A stretch of DNA of 64,000 nt from Stylophora pistillata. Lineage: Eukaryota. Every line of letters starts with the position of its first letter. Position 1 is the stretch's first letter. The translations under genes and the position numbers were made by a program. The stretch lies in the NCBI RefSeq assembly GCF_002571385.2, contig NW_019218011.1:295977-359976 (forward strand), written 5' to 3'. Of this stretch, positions 62,751 to 64,000 are shown in pieces. The notes beneath the pieces are model-generated. The model did no database searches, had not been told where the DNA came from, and saw only the letters and a list, made by a program, of their open reading frames with translations.

Positions 62751-64000
62751 CTGAAAATTTAAAGCAAAGGACAACCTTAGCCAAACGCTTGATACTTCAG
62801 TGGTCTCAATAAAATATGGTAGAAGTGAATAGTTTGGAGAAGCAGGCGGAAAGCTTTGAAGTCCTGGAGAGCCTTAAATCATTCCCAGGGAGATCCGGTC
62901 TCCCTCAGGAAGTTTTGAAGATCAATACTCTTAATTAACACATTCCTGCATTGTCAGGTCTATTAAAAAATATTCTTTACCATTGTTGCTAGAGTTCGAC
63001 CAATTCTTGAAAATTTAAAGAGAATTACACGTATGTTAGGGCATTACAAATGGGTAGATTCACCCGCTAGCCAGTGGATATAAAACCCTCTACACGAGAA
63101 GTTAAAGATCAGTTGGGGAAAGAGCATCCAAATCAAGACCTGGCTTTCAAAAATAGAAACGCCAGGCCGTTAAAGGAAAATATCCTTCCCATATTAGGGT
63201 AGGGGAGGGGAATAGCCATTTATAAACCCAACTCGTCTCGGTGGGGACAAGAAAGTCAATCAAATTTCGTTGAATGACAGTTGCAAAAACTTAAAAATCT
63301 TAATTCACACTACCACAAAATCTAACAGGTCATAGCTACGTTATAAATGATATAGATATTATAATCATTCAAATATTTTTGCTTTCATAGCCCCGTGAAA
63401 AGGAGTGAGCTTGACTATAGCAAAAGTGACTTGGGAAACTTGAGAACTTAAATTGTAAATAAGTCATGGCTTTTATCTGATGGTTTACAGTTTGCTAAGG
63501 TAATTGAAATGTCAGTTCATACACAGGAATGTACATTCCATATGACCTATGAAATACTGGTAACTGACAAAAAATATCTGTGTTTGACAGTGCAGTTGCA
63601 CCCTAAGTGACAAACGTTAATGATAGCCTGTAAGCATAAATGTGTGGAAGTTATGATGCCAATTGACCGTATTTTTGCTTGGATAACATGGGGTTTCATG
63701 ATTTTCAATTTTCAAACTTTCAACTTTGAATTGTAACTGTTTACCGTAATTATTCCTTTTTACTTTAAGCCCTCAAAAGTTGTAAACGGTGAGTCTCTAA
63801 TTAACCTGATTTCCATCGATAAAAATTGTGTGAACATAATTTTGCGTACTTTTAGTTGCATGTGTACAACATTGTAACATGTAATGTTATTTGGATGGCG
63901 TTAAATATTCAGGCTTAACCTTCCAATAGTGCATGGTGTTCTTACAAATGTTGATAGCCAATCCACAAATGGAGGGAACTTTGATACAGCCAATTGGTCA

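Overview
Eukaryotic (animal) genomic DNA, AT-rich, with GT-AG introns and assembly gaps (8860-8970, 25750-26220, single N at 45047). Gene content and repeat families look like a scleractinian coral, probably Pocilloporidae (inference). Genes reconstructed by splicing: 3' part of FBXL2/FBXL20 (+); a secreted PAN/cbEGF-array/EMI-like gene with an in-frame TAG (-); a complete 5-exon Gli transcription factor (+); SPMAP1/C17orf98 (-) head-to-head with MRPL36 (+); a tandem duplication of an MRPL36-ASPA block leaving one intact and one broken copy of each gene; and the 3' part of an IPT/TIG + filamin-like type I membrane protein (-). Between the two ASPA copies is a 6.2-kb element with long TIRs and a 9-bp TSD, containing a Penelope retroelement, a SINE, a LINE, an integrase-type gene relic and a hammerhead-type insertion. 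The most unusual signal is a set of at least 7 sequence-unrelated repeat families with one architecture: an imperfect long hairpin capped by a strand-specific GNA mini-hairpin, abutting a TTAT...CCAAT...ATAA module. The duplication supplies an empty site for one of them, and a possible Crypton (tyrosine recombinase) relic lies next to another.
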